Below are positions 43,010-54,188 of a stretch of 64,000 nt of DNA, piece by piece. The notes beneath the pieces are model-generated. The model was not told the DNA's origin and searched no databases. It saw only the letters and a program-made list of their open reading frames with translations. The DNA lies in assembly GCA_048058835.1 (NCBI GenBank), contig JBLLNS010000008.1:56231-120230 (forward strand), read 5' to 3'. Each line of letters begins with the position of its first letter. Within the stretch, counting starts at the first letter, position 1. Source of the DNA: Oleiphilus sp. (GTDB taxonomy: Bacteria; Pseudomonadota; Gammaproteobacteria; Pseudomonadales; Oleiphilaceae). The translations under genes and the position numbers were made by a program.

Positions 43010-45468
43010 TGAAAAGAGTGAATAACAAAGTCTTCGTCAGCTTGTTTTGGAAATCAGTCTTTGGCCTGGCGCTCATTCTGTCTGTGTTGGTGATCTTCTT
43101 TAGTTATTTCAGTGTGGCGCAGTTAAAGCAATTACAAGCTCAGCAGCGTGCTGAAAATCAGCATCAGTATGTCATTGAATATAATGGCTTATTAAAGAAA
43201 GCAGCAATTCAGCTGACAAACCTCATTGACAGTGTCAGTCAGCTTGAATCTGACATTCCCACAGTCGAATCTAAACTACAAACTCATTGGATTTCCTTAC
43301 AAATTACGTGGGGCTTAGAAAGTGCCGTATTGGTCAATGGCGAAGGAGAACTCGTTGCTCAATTTGGTAATAAACGTATTTTCCCAAGTAAACATGTTGT
43401 TGAACGTGTTCTGAGCTCTGGTTCGCCCATTGAGGAAATGCGTTGTTCTGACTTATGTCAGTTAGCGATCAGCGCACCAATATTAGGCGCAAACGGTTCG
43501 GTACAAGTGCTTCAGCTAAGCGTCTCGCTGGTCGATACCTTGTTAGACTTTCAACGCATCACGCAAACGGATATTGGGTTATTGACGCCACTCGACACAA
43601 ACCCCGAATTTGGGCGAGTTTTGGCTAAAACGGGCATGTCGTTTTCAGCCTTAACTAACCGAGCATTACTTCAAAATCCAATCCATGATTTCGCAGAAGA
43701 AATGCAATGGGGGCCAAATTTTATTGGTCCAAACCAACAAAAAACCTTTGTGATTGATTCTTTTTCAACCCAATATGAAGTGATGTTGTTATCTGAGCCG
43801 GACCTGTCGGGAAATAGCGCTGTTGTGGTGTTCATTTCGGATACGACTGCACTGAGGGAGCAGATAAATTTTGCTCGACATGCACTTCTGACAGCGGGTT
43901 TGATTGCCATCATTCTTTCAGTTTTTATGGTGGTGCTTGTTTTATGGAAACCTATCCGGTCCTTACAAAAACAGTCTAAAGCGCTCCCTTTACTGCCGCT
44001 GGGAAAGTATGACGAAGCAAGGCATCAACTCGACAATATTGTGTCGAATGCAATTTTTTCAGATGAAATCAGTCAATTGCAATCGACTTCTTTGCAGGTG
44101 ACGTCTCAGCTTGAAAGCTTTCATAAGGAATTAACTCAGAACACCCAGAAACTATTTGAAATGGCCCATTTTGATTTGTTGACGGGGCTAATTAATCGTC
44201 CTTATCTTACGGCTTTGATTGATGAAAAGTTAGCTGCTGATGATGAACAAGAACGTCGATTTTCTCTTATCTATTTAGATCTCGATAACTTTAAGCATAT
44301 CAATGACGCCTTAGGGCATTTGGTGGGCGACAACCTCTTGTCTATAGTTGCTTCAAGACTGAAGTCATGTGTTGGCTCCTTAGATTTGGTTGCACGCACA
44401 GGTGGCGATGAGTTTTGTATGGTGATCAACGGCGGCCCCTCTGAAAATTTTGTGACCGATATAGCCAAACGTGTTTTGGAGGTCTTGCAAAAACCGATTG
44501 CGATTGATGGTCGAACCTTGGCGATATCGACCAGTATTGGGATTACTTTCTCATTGGTAGATGGTGTTTCGGCCGCAAGCCTGCTTCAAAACGCCGATTT
44601 GGCCATGTACCAAGCTAAATCGGGTGGGAAAAATAACTACCATATATTCAACCACCAACTTCATAAAGATGCCGATTCTAGAATGGCGCTTGAAGAAGAG
44701 TTGCGTCATGCAGTAAAAAACAAAGAATTTGTCTTGTTCTATCAGCCGCAGATGGATCTCAAAACAGGCAAGTTAATTAGCTGTGAAGCACTTATTCGCT
44801 GGCAGCATCCGACTAGGGGTTTGTTGGCCCCCTTTTTCTTTATTGACACGATTGAAAATAATGGGCTGATTATCCCTGTCGGTAAATGGATCATCCAAGA
44901 AGCATGTCGACAGTGTGCTGAATGGAATAAGATGGGCTTAGGTGATATTAAAATATCGATTAACCTGTCCGCCAGACAGTTCAGTGATCCAGATTTAATT
45001 ATTGATATTCAATCTGCGATTAAAACCTATCAAATATCACCGACACAATTAGAATTTGAAGTGACGGAGTCCTTACTTGCGACCGACATTCAGCATGCTA
45101 TTGAGTTATTAAAGAGCTTACAAAGTTTAGGTTCTACCATCGCTATTGATGATTTTGGCACAGGTTATTCTTCTTTAAATTATATTAAACAGCTCCCGCT
45201 GGATAAGTTGAAAGTAGACAGGGCATTCATAAAAGACTTGCCAGACGATAATGATGATAAACAAATTACTGCAGCGATCATTGCGATGGCGCATACCTTG
45301 AATTTACGTGTTGTCGCAGAAGGCGTTGAAACCAAAGAGCAAATGCACTTCTTACAGTCATTATCGTGTGAAATTGGCCAAGGCTACTTGTTTGATAAAC
45401 CGATCAGTGCGGAAGAATTTGCTAAGTCACCCTTGCTTAAGCAAGGTTATGACGTGGGAATGAAATAG
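43009..45468 (+). CDS. Membrane sensor GGDEF-EAL protein (diguanylate cyclase/phosphodiesterase)
   Basis: TM1, a periplasmic region of about 300 aa and TM2 are followed by an intact GGDEF motif (RTGGDEFCM). EAL-domain motifs are also intact (EALIRW, DDFGTGYSSL, KVDRAFI, EGVE, QGYLF). ATG 43009 overlaps the upstream stop (TAATG). Confidence 0.9.
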   Translation: MKRVNNKVFVSLFWKSVFGLALILSVLVIFFSYFSVAQLKQLQAQQRAENQHQYVIEYNGLLKKAAIQLTNLIDSVSQLESDIPTVESKLQTHWISLQITWGLESAVLVNGEGELVAQFGNKRIFPSKHVVERVLSSGSPIEEMRCSDLCQLAISAPILGANGSVQVLQLSVSLVDTLLDFQRITQTDIGLLTPLDTNPEFGRVLAKTGMSFSALTNRALLQNPIHDFAEEMQWGPNFIGPNQQKTFVIDSFSTQYEVMLLSEPDLSGNSAVVVFISDTTALREQINFARHALLTAGLIAIILSVFMVVLVLWKPIRSLQKQSKALPLLPLGKYDEARHQLDNIVSNAIFSDEISQLQSTSLQVTSQLESFHKELTQNTQKLFEMAHFDLLTGLINRPYLTALIDEKLAADDEQERRFSLIYLDLDNFKHINDALGHLVGDNLLSIVASRLKSCVGSLDLVARTGGDEFCMVINGGPSENFVTDIAKRVLEVLQKPIAIDGRTLAISTSIGITFSLVDGVSAASLLQNADLAMYQAKSGGKNNYHIFNHQLHKDADSRMALEEELRHAVKNKEFVLFYQPQMDLKTGKLISCEALIRWQHPTRGLLAPFFFIDTIENNGLIIPVGKWIIQEACRQCAEWNKMGLGDIKISINLSARQFSDPDLIIDIQSAIKTYQISPTQLEFEVTESLLATDIQHAIELLKSLQSLGSTIAIDDFGTGYSSLNYIKQLPLDKLKVDRAFIKDLPDDNDDKQITAAIIAMAHTLNLRVVAEGVETKEQMHFLQSLSCEIGQGYLFDKPISAEEFAKSPLLKQGYDVGMK

Positions 45469-45513
45469 CTAAGTTCAAAAGGAGGGCGGCTTGAGCTTAG
45501 GCGATCTAAGCTA

Positions 45514-45547
45514 ATCCGTATTTCATCAGAGAAAACGGATGTTTTTT
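45514..45547 (+). terminator. Rho-independent terminator candidate
   Basis: The ATCCGT...ACGGAT stem is followed by GTTTTTT. Confidence 0.5.
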
Positions 45548-45555
45548 GCTACGAG

Positions 45556-45593
45556 AGTGGTGGCGCGAAGTTAAGGGCGCGCCACCACTTTTC
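45556..45593 (+). terminator. Strong GC-rich hairpin terminator
   Basis: A 12-bp stem AGTGGTGGCGCG/CGCGCCACCACT with a 10-nt loop is followed by TTTT. Confidence 0.7.
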
Positions 45594-45619
45594 GTCGGTC
45601 AGTTAAAAATTGCCTAGCT

Positions 45620-46531
45620 TTAGAAAAGGTCTTCAATAGATAAATATCGTTCACCGGTGTCATAGCTGAATATTAGCACGCGGCTGCCTGCAGGAATCTC
45701 ATCTTGTTTCTTCTTCACGGCAGCTAAGCTAGCACCTGAAGAAATACCGATGAAAATCCCTTCCTTCTTGGCGCATTCGCGAGCGAACTCAAATGCATCT
45801 TCTTCAGTCACTTGTATTGTCCCAGTCAGAATGTCGGTATTGAGTACTTCAGGAATAAAGCCCGCGCCTATGCCTTGTAATCTGTGCGGGCCTTTTGCGC
45901 CACCGCTAATCACGGGGGACTTTTCTGGCTCGACAGCGAAGGTCTGCAGCTTGGGGAAGGATTTATTCAGCACTTCTGCGCAGCCGGTTATATGGCCTCC
46001 CGTCCCGACGCCGGTAATGAGATAATCCAAACCTTCAGGGAAGTCCTTGAGTATTTCTTGGGCAGTCGTTTGCCGATGAATTTCACTGTTGACCGGGTTC
46101 GTAAATTGCTGAGGAATCCAGCTATTGGTTGTGGCTGCCGCGAGTTCATTTGCTTTATCAATGGCTCCGCCCATACCAAGCTCTTTGGGTGTTAAGACAA
46201 TTTCTGCGCCTAAAGCTTTCATATATTTGCGTCGCTCAATTGACATCGATTCAGGCATAGTCAGTATTAATCGATAACCTTTTACAGCGGCTGTTTGAGC
46301 CAAGGCGATTCCGGTGTTGCCCGAAGTGGGTTCTATGATAACAGTCTCTTGCGTGAGCGTTCCTGCTCTTTCAGCAGCCTCAATCATGGCTAGCCCGATT
46401 CGGTCTTTAATACTGCCACCCGGATTAAAGCGTTCAACTTTCATCCAGACTTCGATGTCATCTCTAAAGAGTGAATTAATTCTGACATGAGGCGTGTTGC
46501 CTATAGTTTCCAAAATATTATTGTATTTCAT
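45620..46531 (-). CDS. cysK: Cysteine synthase A (O-acetylserine sulfhydrylase)
   Basis: It has [10 protein letters not shown], the PLP-lysine context [11 protein letters not shown], and [20 protein letters not shown] and GISSGA. Confidence 0.9.
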   Translation of the reverse strand: MKYNNILETIGNTPHVRINSLFRDDIEVWMKVERFNPGGSIKDRIGLAMIEAAERAGTLTQETVIIEPTSGNTGIALAQTAAVKGYRLILTMPESMSIERRKYMKALGAEIVLTPKELGMGGAIDKANELAAATTNSWIPQQFTNPVNSEIHRQTTAQEILKDFPEGLDYLITGVGTGGHITGCAEVLNKSFPKLQTFAVEPEKSPVISGGAKGPHRLQGIGAGFIPEVLNTDILTGTIQVTEEDAFEFARECAKKEGIFIGISSGASLAAVKKKQDEIPAGSRVLIFSYDTGERYLSIEDLF

Positions 46532-46872
46532 GTGAGTCCGTCCTTTTTATGATTCATGTGGTGATCAGAAACCTAACAGTTGCTGTGGTAAGACGATAGT
46601 GTGTGAATTAATTAGCAAGACACAGTGTAAGCCGATCTAAATACGCATGCAAAGCGCAAACTATTTAAAAAAGTAGGTGTTAGGCAATTGTTCGAAAGAG
46701 AAACAAATATCGCTAAAACTTTCTTAAAATAACAGCACGCCTTGTTGATTTAAGGTAAACTCTTGCTCAATTTTTTTGGTTTTTCCCGAGTGCTTACAGA
46801 AGCGTTAAATTACCTGTGCGCCTCTTTTTACCTTGTTAAATACATAAAAATAATTAAGGAAGTAACGCTAGC

Positions 46873-47697
46873 ATGAGTCGTGTAAATTATTTTGAACAAC
46901 GAGTTCCCGCTGAAGATGGCCTACTATTAAATTTTTACCATTGGGAGATTGAAGGTGCCAAGGCAGCGGTTGTGATCTCTCACGGATGGAGTGAACATGT
47001 AGGTCGCTATCTCAGCTTGATAAACTGGCTAAATGAACAAGGGTACGCTGTTTATGCACTAGATCATCGTGGCCATGGTAAGTCTGAAGGTAAAAGAGGG
47101 CATGTCAGACGTTGGACAGATTATGCGCGCGACCTTGAGCTGCTTCGCTCACGGGTGAAACCAGAAAAACAATACCTGCTCGGTCACTCTATGGGCGGTA
47201 TGATTGCGATTGTTCATGCGCTTGAGTTTCCCGAACAATTTTCTGCTATGGCCTTAAGTGGCCCTGCATCTGATGTCTCAATTGCTGTCCCCAAAATTCA
47301 GCAAATTATTGGCAATACCATGAGTTCTTGGATGCCGCGTTTAACCATTAATAATGATATCGACCCTTCTGTAGTTTGTTCAGACCCGGCTGTCGTAGCC
47401 GATTATGTCTCTGACCCTTTTACCCATGGAAAAGTGACGGCGCGCTGGTTTTCCGAATATATGAAAATCATTAAGCGTGTGAAACAAGATGCCTCTCTTA
47501 TTAGAACGCCATTGGGGATTTGGCATGGAGAAGGTGATGTTTTGGTAGAGCCTTGGGTGAGTGAGGAATTTTATAACCGTCTGACCACGCCGCATCGTAA
47601 GCGAACCATAGTCACGGATGCTTTGCATGAGATTTTATTAGAACCATCTTGGCTTAAAACGTCACTAGAAATGAAAAACTGGTTGGAGCAATATTAG
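46873..47697 (+). CDS. Alpha/beta hydrolase (lysophospholipase / monoacylglycerol lipase type)
   Basis: It has the HG oxyanion motif (VISHGWSEH), the nucleophile elbow GHSMGG and a C-terminal DALHE histidine. Confidence 0.8.
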   Translation: MSRVNYFEQRVPAEDGLLLNFYHWEIEGAKAAVVISHGWSEHVGRYLSLINWLNEQGYAVYALDHRGHGKSEGKRGHVRRWTDYARDLELLRSRVKPEKQYLLGHSMGGMIAIVHALEFPEQFSAMALSGPASDVSIAVPKIQQIIGNTMSSWMPRLTINNDIDPSVVCSDPAVVADYVSDPFTHGKVTARWFSEYMKIIKRVKQDASLIRTPLGIWHGEGDVLVEPWVSEEFYNRLTTPHRKRTIVTDALHEILLEPSWLKTSLEMKNWLEQY

Positions 47698-47802
47698 CAT
47701 TTAGTTAGAATGCAGCATTTATTTTTAGTGGCACTGAAATATTGTTACGAATTCACGTGTTTTTGTCCTGCACATCTCGTCGTTAATTAAGGTTTAGTTT
47801 AA

Positions 47803-48901
47803 ATGTTAGAAGTCAATCCGATCGTTGTTAGAATCAAAGATATGGCCTCGCGAGCGTCTACGCTTCGGGGGTATCTTTGACTTCGATATCAAAAAAGAAC
47901 GTTTAATCGAAGTTGAACGCGAATTAGAAGTCCCTGATGTTTGGAATAACCCTGAACAAGCACAAGCCTTAGGCAAAGAGCGTTCAAGTCTAGAAGTGGT
48001 GGTGAATACCATCGAGAACCTAGAATCAGGACTAAATGACGCTAAAGACTTATTAGATCTTGCCGTAGAAGAACAAGATGAAGAGACCCTCAATGAACTT
48101 TCCACCGAGTTAGATGACCTGAATGCTCAGCTAGAAACACTCGAGTTCCGGCGGATGTTTTCAGGCGAAATGGATGAGAATAATGCTTATCTCGATATTC
48201 AGTCCGGCTCCGGTGGTACTGAGGCTCAAGACTGGGCTTCCATGTTATTACGAATGTATTTACGTTGGGGTGAAGCTAAAGGTTTCAAAACCGAAGTCAT
48301 CGAGCTTTCAGATGGTGATGTCGCAGGTATTAAGTCTGCCACTATTCAGTTTACCGGCGAATATGCTTTTGGTTGGCTGCGCACGGAAACCGGTGTTCAT
48401 CGACTGGTCCGAAAATCGCCTTTCGATTCAGGCAGTCGCCGTCATACTTCATTTGCTTCAATTTTTGTCTCGCCGGAAATCGATGATGATGTTGATATCG
48501 AGATCAATCCAGCAGATTTAAGAATTGATACCTATCGCTCAAGTGGCGCAGGTGGTCAGCATGTTAATACCACTGATTCGGCGATACGAATCACTCACGA
48601 ACCTTCTGGCATTGTCGTGCAGTGCCAAAATCAGCGCTCTCAGCACCAAAACAAAGATAAAGCCATGCAGCAGTTACGGGCAAAGCTTTATGAAATGGAA
48701 ATGATGAAGCGAAATGAAGCCGCTCAGGCGATGGAAGACAGCAAGTCTGATATTGGCTGGGGCAGCCAGATACGTTCTTATGTCCTTGATGCCTCACGTA
48801 TCAAGGATTTAAGAACCAATGTAGAAACCAGTAATTGCAATAGCGTCTTAGACGGCGATCTAGATTTTTTTATCGAAGCCAGCCTGAAACAGGGCTTGTA
48901 A
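47803..48901 (+). CDS. prfB: Peptide chain release factor 2, requiring a programmed +1 frameshift
   Basis: Frame 0 reads [28 protein letters not shown] (47803-47880). A +1 shift at CTT TGA C continues as [17 protein letters not shown]... through ORF 47825..48901. The SPF and GGQ (SGAGGQHVN) motifs are present. Confidence 0.95.
47866..47881 (+). promoter_or_regulatory. prfB frameshift cassette
   Basis: GGGGG TAT CTT TGA C is an internal SD-like element plus the slippery CTT and an in-frame TGA followed by C. This is the same layout as E. coli prfB. Confidence 0.9.
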
Positions 48902-48923
48902 ATTTATTAATTGGAAACTCTCT

Positions 48924-50492
48924 ATGTCTAACGAATCCAAAACACCTTCAACCCAAGCCACGGCAAGCGACGAAAATAAGTTGATCACTGAACGTCGCGG
49001 CAAATTAAATCAATTGCGTGAAAACTGCAAAGCAAATGGGCACCGAAATGATTTTGATCGTAAACACACGGCGGCTGAGTTGAATGCTAAATTTGGTGAA
49101 TTTACTAAACCTGAACTAGAAGAGCAGAATAATCAAGTGGCCGTTGCCGGTCGTATCATGTTCCAGCGTGGTCCTTTCGCCAAGATAAACGATGCTTCGG
49201 GTGGTATTCAGTTTTACGTGCCAAAAGAGATTCAAAAAGAAATTAACTATAAATCCAAGTTTGACTTGGGTGATATTGTTGGCGCGAAAGGAACCCTTCA
49301 CAAATCTGGTAAAGGGGAGTTGTTCGTCAATATTGATCATGCGGATGATCTTGTCATGTTGACCAAAGCGCTGCGCCCTTTACCCGATAAATTTCATGGT
49401 TTAGCTGATCAAGAAATAAAATACCGTCAACGCTATGTCGATTTGATCATCAACCAACAAACTCGTGATTTGTTCTTGATTCGATCCAAAATTATAGAGG
49501 GTATTCGCCAGTACTTAAGCGACAGAAACTTTATGGAAGTTGAAACGCCGATGTTGCAAACCATCCCTGGTGGTGCCACGGCGAAACCGTTTGAAACTCA
49601 CCATAATGCGCTCGATATCGGGATGTATTTGCGAATTGCGCCAGAGCTGTATTTGAAGCGTTTGTTGGTCGGTGGTTTCGAGCGCGTCTTTGAAATAAAC
49701 CGAAATTTTAGAAATGAAGGGCTTTCCACTCGACATAACCCAGAATTTACCATGATTGAGTTTTATCAGGCTTATGCGGATTATAACGATTTGATGGATA
49801 CAACTGAGGACATGCTTCGAACCTTGGCGCAAAATATTCTTGGTACGACAGATATCAAAGCCACGCAAAAAAATAGCGATGGCGAGGTTATCAGCGAGAC
49901 GATCTATGATTTTGCTCAACCTTTCACCCGTCTTACCATGGCTGAAGCTGTGCTGAAATATAATCCGTCTTTTGATCCAGATGTTATCAATAATGCAGAA
50001 CAGCACCTCGATCAGCTTATTGCTTATGGGCGTTCGGTTGGTATTCGTGAAGATGCTAAGCAATCAGCCTGGGGCGCAGGTAAATGGCTATGTGAGATCT
50101 TCGAAGAAACCGCTGAAGAGAAATTAGATCAGCCCACATTTATTACTGCCTATCCTTGGGAAGTCTCGCCTCTCGCGAGACGAAATGATGACAATAGCTT
50201 TATCACCGATCGATTTGAGTTCTTCGTCGGTGGCCGCGAACTGGCAAACGGTTTCTCTGAGCTGAATGATGCAGAGGATCAAGCAGAGCGTTTCCGCAAA
50301 CAGGTTGAAGAAAAAGATGCGGGTGACGACGAAGCAATGCATTACGATGCAGACTACATTCAGGCTTTGGAATACGGTATGCCACCCGCCGCTGGTGAGG
50401 GTATCGGTATTGACCGTTTGGTAATGTTATTTACCGATAGCCCGACCATTAAAGACGTGATTTTATTTCCTCATATGAAACCGCAGAACTAA
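48924..50492 (+). CDS. lysS: Lysine--tRNA ligase (class II)
   Basis: It is collinear with E. coli LysS: [39 protein letters not shown] and [10 protein letters not shown]. It lies directly downstream of prfB, as in enterics. Confidence 0.95.
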   Translation: MSNESKTPSTQATASDENKLITERRGKLNQLRENCKANGHRNDFDRKHTAAELNAKFGEFTKPELEEQNNQVAVAGRIMFQRGPFAKINDASGGIQFYVPKEIQKEINYKSKFDLGDIVGAKGTLHKSGKGELFVNIDHADDLVMLTKALRPLPDKFHGLADQEIKYRQRYVDLIINQQTRDLFLIRSKIIEGIRQYLSDRNFMEVETPMLQTIPGGATAKPFETHHNALDIGMYLRIAPELYLKRLLVGGFERVFEINRNFRNEGLSTRHNPEFTMIEFYQAYADYNDLMDTTEDMLRTLAQNILGTTDIKATQKNSDGEVISETIYDFAQPFTRLTMAEAVLKYNPSFDPDVINNAEQHLDQLIAYGRSVGIREDAKQSAWGAGKWLCEIFEETAEEKLDQPTFITAYPWEVSPLARRNDDNSFITDRFEFFVGGRELANGFSELNDAEDQAERFRKQVEEKDAGDDEAMHYDADYIQALEYGMPPAAGEGIGIDRLVMLFTDSPTIKDVILFPHMKPQN

Positions 50493-50527
50493 AAGTTTCA
50501 ATATTTGAATGACGGTGTCATGTTTAT

Positions 50528-50653
50528 GTAGGGGCGAACCTATGTGTTCGCCCGTTAAAAACTGGGGCTTTCGGATAATGGGATCGATCGAAAGAATAAT
50601 CTCCTAATGCGGTGGCATAAACAGCATGGGGAGACACGCAGGTCTGCCCCTAC
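50528..50653. repeat. Inverted pair of REP hairpins (BIME-like)
   Basis: GTAGGGGCGAACCTATGTGTTCGCCC (50528-50553) and GGGGAGACACGCAGGTCTGCCCCTAC (50627-50653) lie in opposite orientation. Confidence 0.8.
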
Positions 50654-50698
50654 GGGTGGCGTGGAATTTTATCTGGGTTAAAGTTTGTTTGGTGAGTT

Positions 50699-51376
50699 AT
50701 GAGTGGTGAATTAAAAGGGAAGTGGGCTGCGTTATTAGCCGAGCAATTTGAATTACCTTACATGCAATCTCTACGTGCTTTCCTAGCCTCTGAGAAGAGT
50801 GCTGGAAAAGTTATTTACCCGCCTGGTCGTTATATTTTTAATGCGCTAAATCATACTGACTTTGATGATGTAAAAGTCGTGATCCTTGGACAGGACCCTT
50901 ACCATGGCGAAAACCAAGCCCACGGTTTTTGTTTCTCTGTGCAAACAGGTGTTAAAACGCCACCTTCTTTAAGAAATATTTATCAAGAATTAAACCAAGA
51001 TATCGGGATGCCTATCCCAAATCATGGCACCCTCACGTCTTGGGCGGATCAAGGTGTATTGCTATTGAATGCCGTGTTAACTGTAGAGGCCTCTAAAGCT
51101 GGCGCGCATCAAGGTAAAGGCTGGGAAAGGTTTACAGATAGGGTTATTAGCTTACTCAATGAAAAAAATGAGGGCGTGGTGTTTCTGCTTTGGGGAAGTT
51201 ATGCGCAAAAGAAAGGGCGTTTAATTGATCGGTCCAAGCATTATGTGCTTGAAGGCCCGCATCCATCGCCATTATCAGCTTACCGAGGGTTTTTTGGTTG
51301 TCGGCACTTTTCACAAGCGAATGCCTTTCTAGAAAAGCAACAAAAAGCCCAGATAAACTGGGCTTCGGTACTATAA
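50699..51376 (+). CDS. ung: Uracil-DNA glycosylase
   Basis: It has GQDPYHG, the water-activating loop, HPSPLS and LLLNAVLTV. Confidence 0.95.
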   Translation: MSGELKGKWAALLAEQFELPYMQSLRAFLASEKSAGKVIYPPGRYIFNALNHTDFDDVKVVILGQDPYHGENQAHGFCFSVQTGVKTPPSLRNIYQELNQDIGMPIPNHGTLTSWADQGVLLLNAVLTVEASKAGAHQGKGWERFTDRVISLLNEKNEGVVFLLWGSYAQKKGRLIDRSKHYVLEGPHPSPLSAYRGFFGCRHFSQANAFLEKQQKAQINWASVL

Positions 51377-51391
51377 ATAGAACTGGTTTGT

Positions 51392-52228
51392 TTAAACGTT
51401 TAACAGTGCCATGGCTGCTTCCATTTGCGCACTTAAGTCCTCATCTTCATTCGGGTCGGCATTAGGGTCGATTCCAAGACGTTCGAAAGCTGAAATGTGA
51501 TTCCAGTCCAGTGTGGCATAATCATGCTCTGTGCCTGCATAGTTTTGCAGCATGGCGACCATGACTAAATCGGCATAATCTGATTTAGCCACTTTCCGAG
51601 TAAAGTTTGTACATTCTTTCGGAACATTCCTCAGATCAGCAGGGAAATCCCACTTTTGCAGTATCCGCTCACCAATGATGGGTTGTAATTCATCAAGTAA
51701 GTTGTCCAAGACAACGCTACTGATTTGAATCTCATTATCTTCAACATATTTAAGGATGGGTAAAGCGCCAATTGCAAAAACCAAACCTGCCAGTGTGGCT
51801 TGACCTGCTGCTAAATGGCTGTGCTGCCTCGCTAAAACATTACAGATACCTGCCACCTCGGTACTGCGTTTCCAGGTGTCGCGCATACGTTTATCGATCA
51901 TTTCGGAAGTGGCTTGAAACATTTGCTCCATGACCAAGCCGGTGGCTAAGTTGCTAGTATATTGCATGCCTAAGCGATTAACCGCCATGTTAAGGTTGGT
52001 AATTTCGTTTGCGCCACGGAATAGCGGGCTATTACTGACTTTTAATAGGCGTGCCGACAATGCGGTATCTTTATTAATAACTTCTATTAAATCGAAAAGA
52101 CCTGAGTTTTCATCTTCGGTAATTTTTTTTACATCTAATGCAATTTCAGGCAGTGTCGGGAGTACGATAGTGTCGTTCTCGATTGCCTTTAAAATATCTT
52201 CTTTAATTTTTTGACCAATCTCTGACAT
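51392..52228 (-). CDS. HDOD domain protein
   Basis: 278 aa. LPTLPEIALDV...SARLLKVSNSPLF is the typical start of an HDOD domain. Confidence 0.75.
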   Translation of the reverse strand: MSEIGQKIKEDILKAIENDTIVLPTLPEIALDVKKITEDENSGLFDLIEVINKDTALSARLLKVSNSPLFRGANEITNLNMAVNRLGMQYTSNLATGLVMEQMFQATSEMIDKRMRDTWKRSTEVAGICNVLARQHSHLAAGQATLAGLVFAIGALPILKYVEDNEIQISSVVLDNLLDELQPIIGERILQKWDFPADLRNVPKECTNFTRKVAKSDYADLVMVAMLQNYAGTEHDYATLDWNHISAFERLGIDPNADPNEDEDLSAQMEAAMALLNV

Positions 52229-52323
52229 GAATGCCTCAATATAACGCGGATATTATTGTTCAAGTATCCAATAGTTATAGCAGAGCTTCAGCTTTTTTGC
52301 GGTATTTTTTCAAGATTATTCAG

Positions 52324-53247
52324 CTAAACTTCAGTGTATTCACTGTAATCGATTTCTTCTACCGTGTATGGCTGCGTCAAGCTTTCATCAAGATACAGAG
52401 CATTGTGTTGAAGAGCGCGCTCAATCGTTAGAATGCACAGAGCACACGTGCCATTCATCGACGATGTATGCGACCTTACCACCGTGCCGCATTTGTTCCC
52501 CTCAGCGTCGTAGATAGCGTCCATTGGCGAAGCAGTGTCTTGGCTGTTAGATTTAAGTAAGTAGCATTGCTTTTTGACTTTACCCAAAAATTTCATGCGA
52601 GCAATAATTTCTTGGCCGGTATAACAGCCCTTTTTAAAACTCACAGCACCTAATTTTTGAAGGTTGAGGGTTTGTAGGATAAATTCTTCTGAACTGTTGT
52701 CATAGAGCTCTGGAATGCCGCAGCAGGTTTCTTTGCTTAACCACTCTTCTTTAGAAAGTGCCCCCATTTCTTTAAGGCTAATTGGCTTCCCTTCATCCTC
52801 GTTATACCAGATTACGCAAAGATGCTTTTTAGAAGATAAATTTAACCAGTAGGCGTTTTGATGCTGACTTAAGGAAAATACAGTGTTGTCATCGTTGTTT
52901 ACGGCTGACAAGAATTCGTCGTAGTTATCTTCGACAAAAATACCGGCGGCGCGGTAGCTTGTTTCTTCAGTTAAGGTGCATTTAAAAAAAACGGCATATT
53001 TATTTAATGTCGTTAGTGTTTTTTCAAGAAGTGACGCATTCATGGAGAGAAGCAGGCCATTCTTTATTTTGATCACCTTAAATAGACAATACATACGTCC
53101 TTTGGGGGTATTTAAGGTGCCGTAGGAGAAGCGGGTATTGGATAAATTGTCGATATCACAGGAAGCTTGGCCTTGAAGGAATTTGCTGGCATCCGGACCT
53201 GTGATGGAAATAAAACGATCTGATAGTGCGGCGCATTGCATGTTCAT
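52324..53247 (-). CDS. ygfZ: tRNA-modifying folate-binding protein YgfZ
   Basis: It has the signature KGCYTGQEIIARMKFLG. Its length and its position next to sdhE-ygfX match the conserved locus. Confidence 0.85.
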   Translation of the reverse strand: MNMQCAALSDRFISITGPDASKFLQGQASCDIDNLSNTRFSYGTLNTPKGRMYCLFKVIKIKNGLLLSMNASLLEKTLTTLNKYAVFFKCTLTEETSYRAAGIFVEDNYDEFLSAVNNDDNTVFSLSQHQNAYWLNLSSKKHLCVIWYNEDEGKPISLKEMGALSKEEWLSKETCCGIPELYDNSSEEFILQTLNLQKLGAVSFKKGCYTGQEIIARMKFLGKVKKQCYLLKSNSQDTASPMDAIYDAEGNKCGTVVRSHTSSMNGTCALCILTIERALQHNALYLDESLTQPYTVEEIDYSEYTEV

Positions 53248-53264
53248 AGCGATTCCGTTGTGTG

Positions 53265-53810
53265 CTAGTTGACTGTTTCTCGATTTTGCTGATGAGGGGC
53301 TTGAAGCTTGAACCAGACTCTTATTCGCCTGAATGCCTGTAAACTCTCGACATTATACCTGCAAATAACGATGTGTCTCGTGTTATTCCTAAAAACCAAA
53401 GGGTAAAGCTTCGCCTCAAAGCGCGATAGGAAATTGTTTGAAGAAGGCGTAAGTTCAGGTTTCAATGCTTTGCTTGAACGGTAAAAGCACTTAAAGCTTA
53501 ACAAGCAAACAAAAGGGTGAATGAGGTGTCTATTTACCGGTGATGCGCTGTAAACGTTGCCTTTACGGTCTTCTAGTACCACATCATCCCCGTTCACGTT
53601 AAGTCTGGTGATGGCGAAAGGGGATGCCAGCTTAGCGTAGCGCCTGACGACTAGAAGAGTGAACAGTGCTTGCATCAAACAAAATGCCAGCTGGAAACCT
53701 AAGGGGATAGTTAAGCAAGCAACGACAATAAAGAAAGGTAAACAGGGTGCAGCAAGAAACCACACCATGGCTTTGCTAGGCTTTAGCTCAAGGCTAGTCG
53801 GGTTGAACAC
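53265..53810 (-). CDS. ygfX: YgfX-like inner membrane protein
   Basis: It has two N-terminal TM helices and lies immediately downstream of sdhE. The start is uncertain (53810 or ATG 53768). Confidence 0.55.
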   Translation of the reverse strand: MFNPTSLELKPSKAMVWFLAAPCLPFFIVVACLTIPLGFQLAFCLMQALFTLLVVRRYAKLASPFAITRLNVNGDDVVLEDRKGNVYSASPVNRHLIHPFVCLLSFKCFYRSSKALKPELTPSSNNFLSRFEAKLYPLVFRNNTRHIVICRYNVESLQAFRRIRVWFKLQAPHQQNRETVN

Positions 53811-54057
53811 GATTAAGAATCATATTGACCATATAAGCGTGATCCGGGTCGGCGGGTACAGAGTGTTGCATAAACCAGCTGAATAGGTCTGGGTCTTCGC
53901 AGTCAAGCAGGCGCTGATAGCGTTCTTGGTCTTCTTTGGACAGCTCTCGGTAAACATCATTTAAAAAGGGAACAAGTAACACGTCGAGTTCAAGCATTCC
54001 TCGTCGGCTGTGCCAAGCGAGACGCTTAAAAGTAATATCTTCAGGTAATTCTGACAT
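53794..54057 (-). CDS. sdhE: FAD assembly factor SdhE
   Basis: It has [20 protein letters not shown] (the RGxxE motif) and DPDLFSWF. The start is trimmed to ATG 54057. Confidence 0.85.
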   Translation of the reverse strand: MSELPEDITFKRLAWHSRRGMLELDVLLVPFLNDVYRELSKEDQERYQRLLDCEDPDLFSWFMQHSVPADPDHAYMVNMILNRVQPD

Positions 54058-54188
54058 GAGATTTTCCCTATAGTGTGAAAAGCTCGCATTATAGGGATAC
54101 ATCAGGCTGGTCTCAAGCAATATGCAAGAAACAAGCTTACATGTTTTAGCTTAGCGTGTTGGGCTTACCGCGTGACTTTGCAGGGTTT

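Noticed and set aside
45494-45512. Hairpin AGCTTAG-GCGAT-CTAAGCT after the GGDEF-EAL gene as an additional terminator
   Set aside because: It has no trailing U-run, and two better terminator hairpins follow within 80 nt.
49515-50063. 182-aa antisense ORF inside lysS. Similar long antisense ORFs occur inside other genes, for example 17516..17848, 18329..18691, 35661..35951, 45884..46195, 47806..48105, 221..583 and 24988..25335.
   Set aside because: Each lies fully within, and opposite to, a gene with strong family signatures. They have no recognisable motifs and a skewed composition. They are shadow ORFs of the real coding strand.
53265-54057. sdhE-ygfX pair as a CptA/CptB toxin-antitoxin or defence module
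   Set aside because: It lies in the conserved ygfZ-ygfX-sdhE core-genome context. SdhE has its flavinylation-factor motifs. Nothing suggests mobility or novelty.
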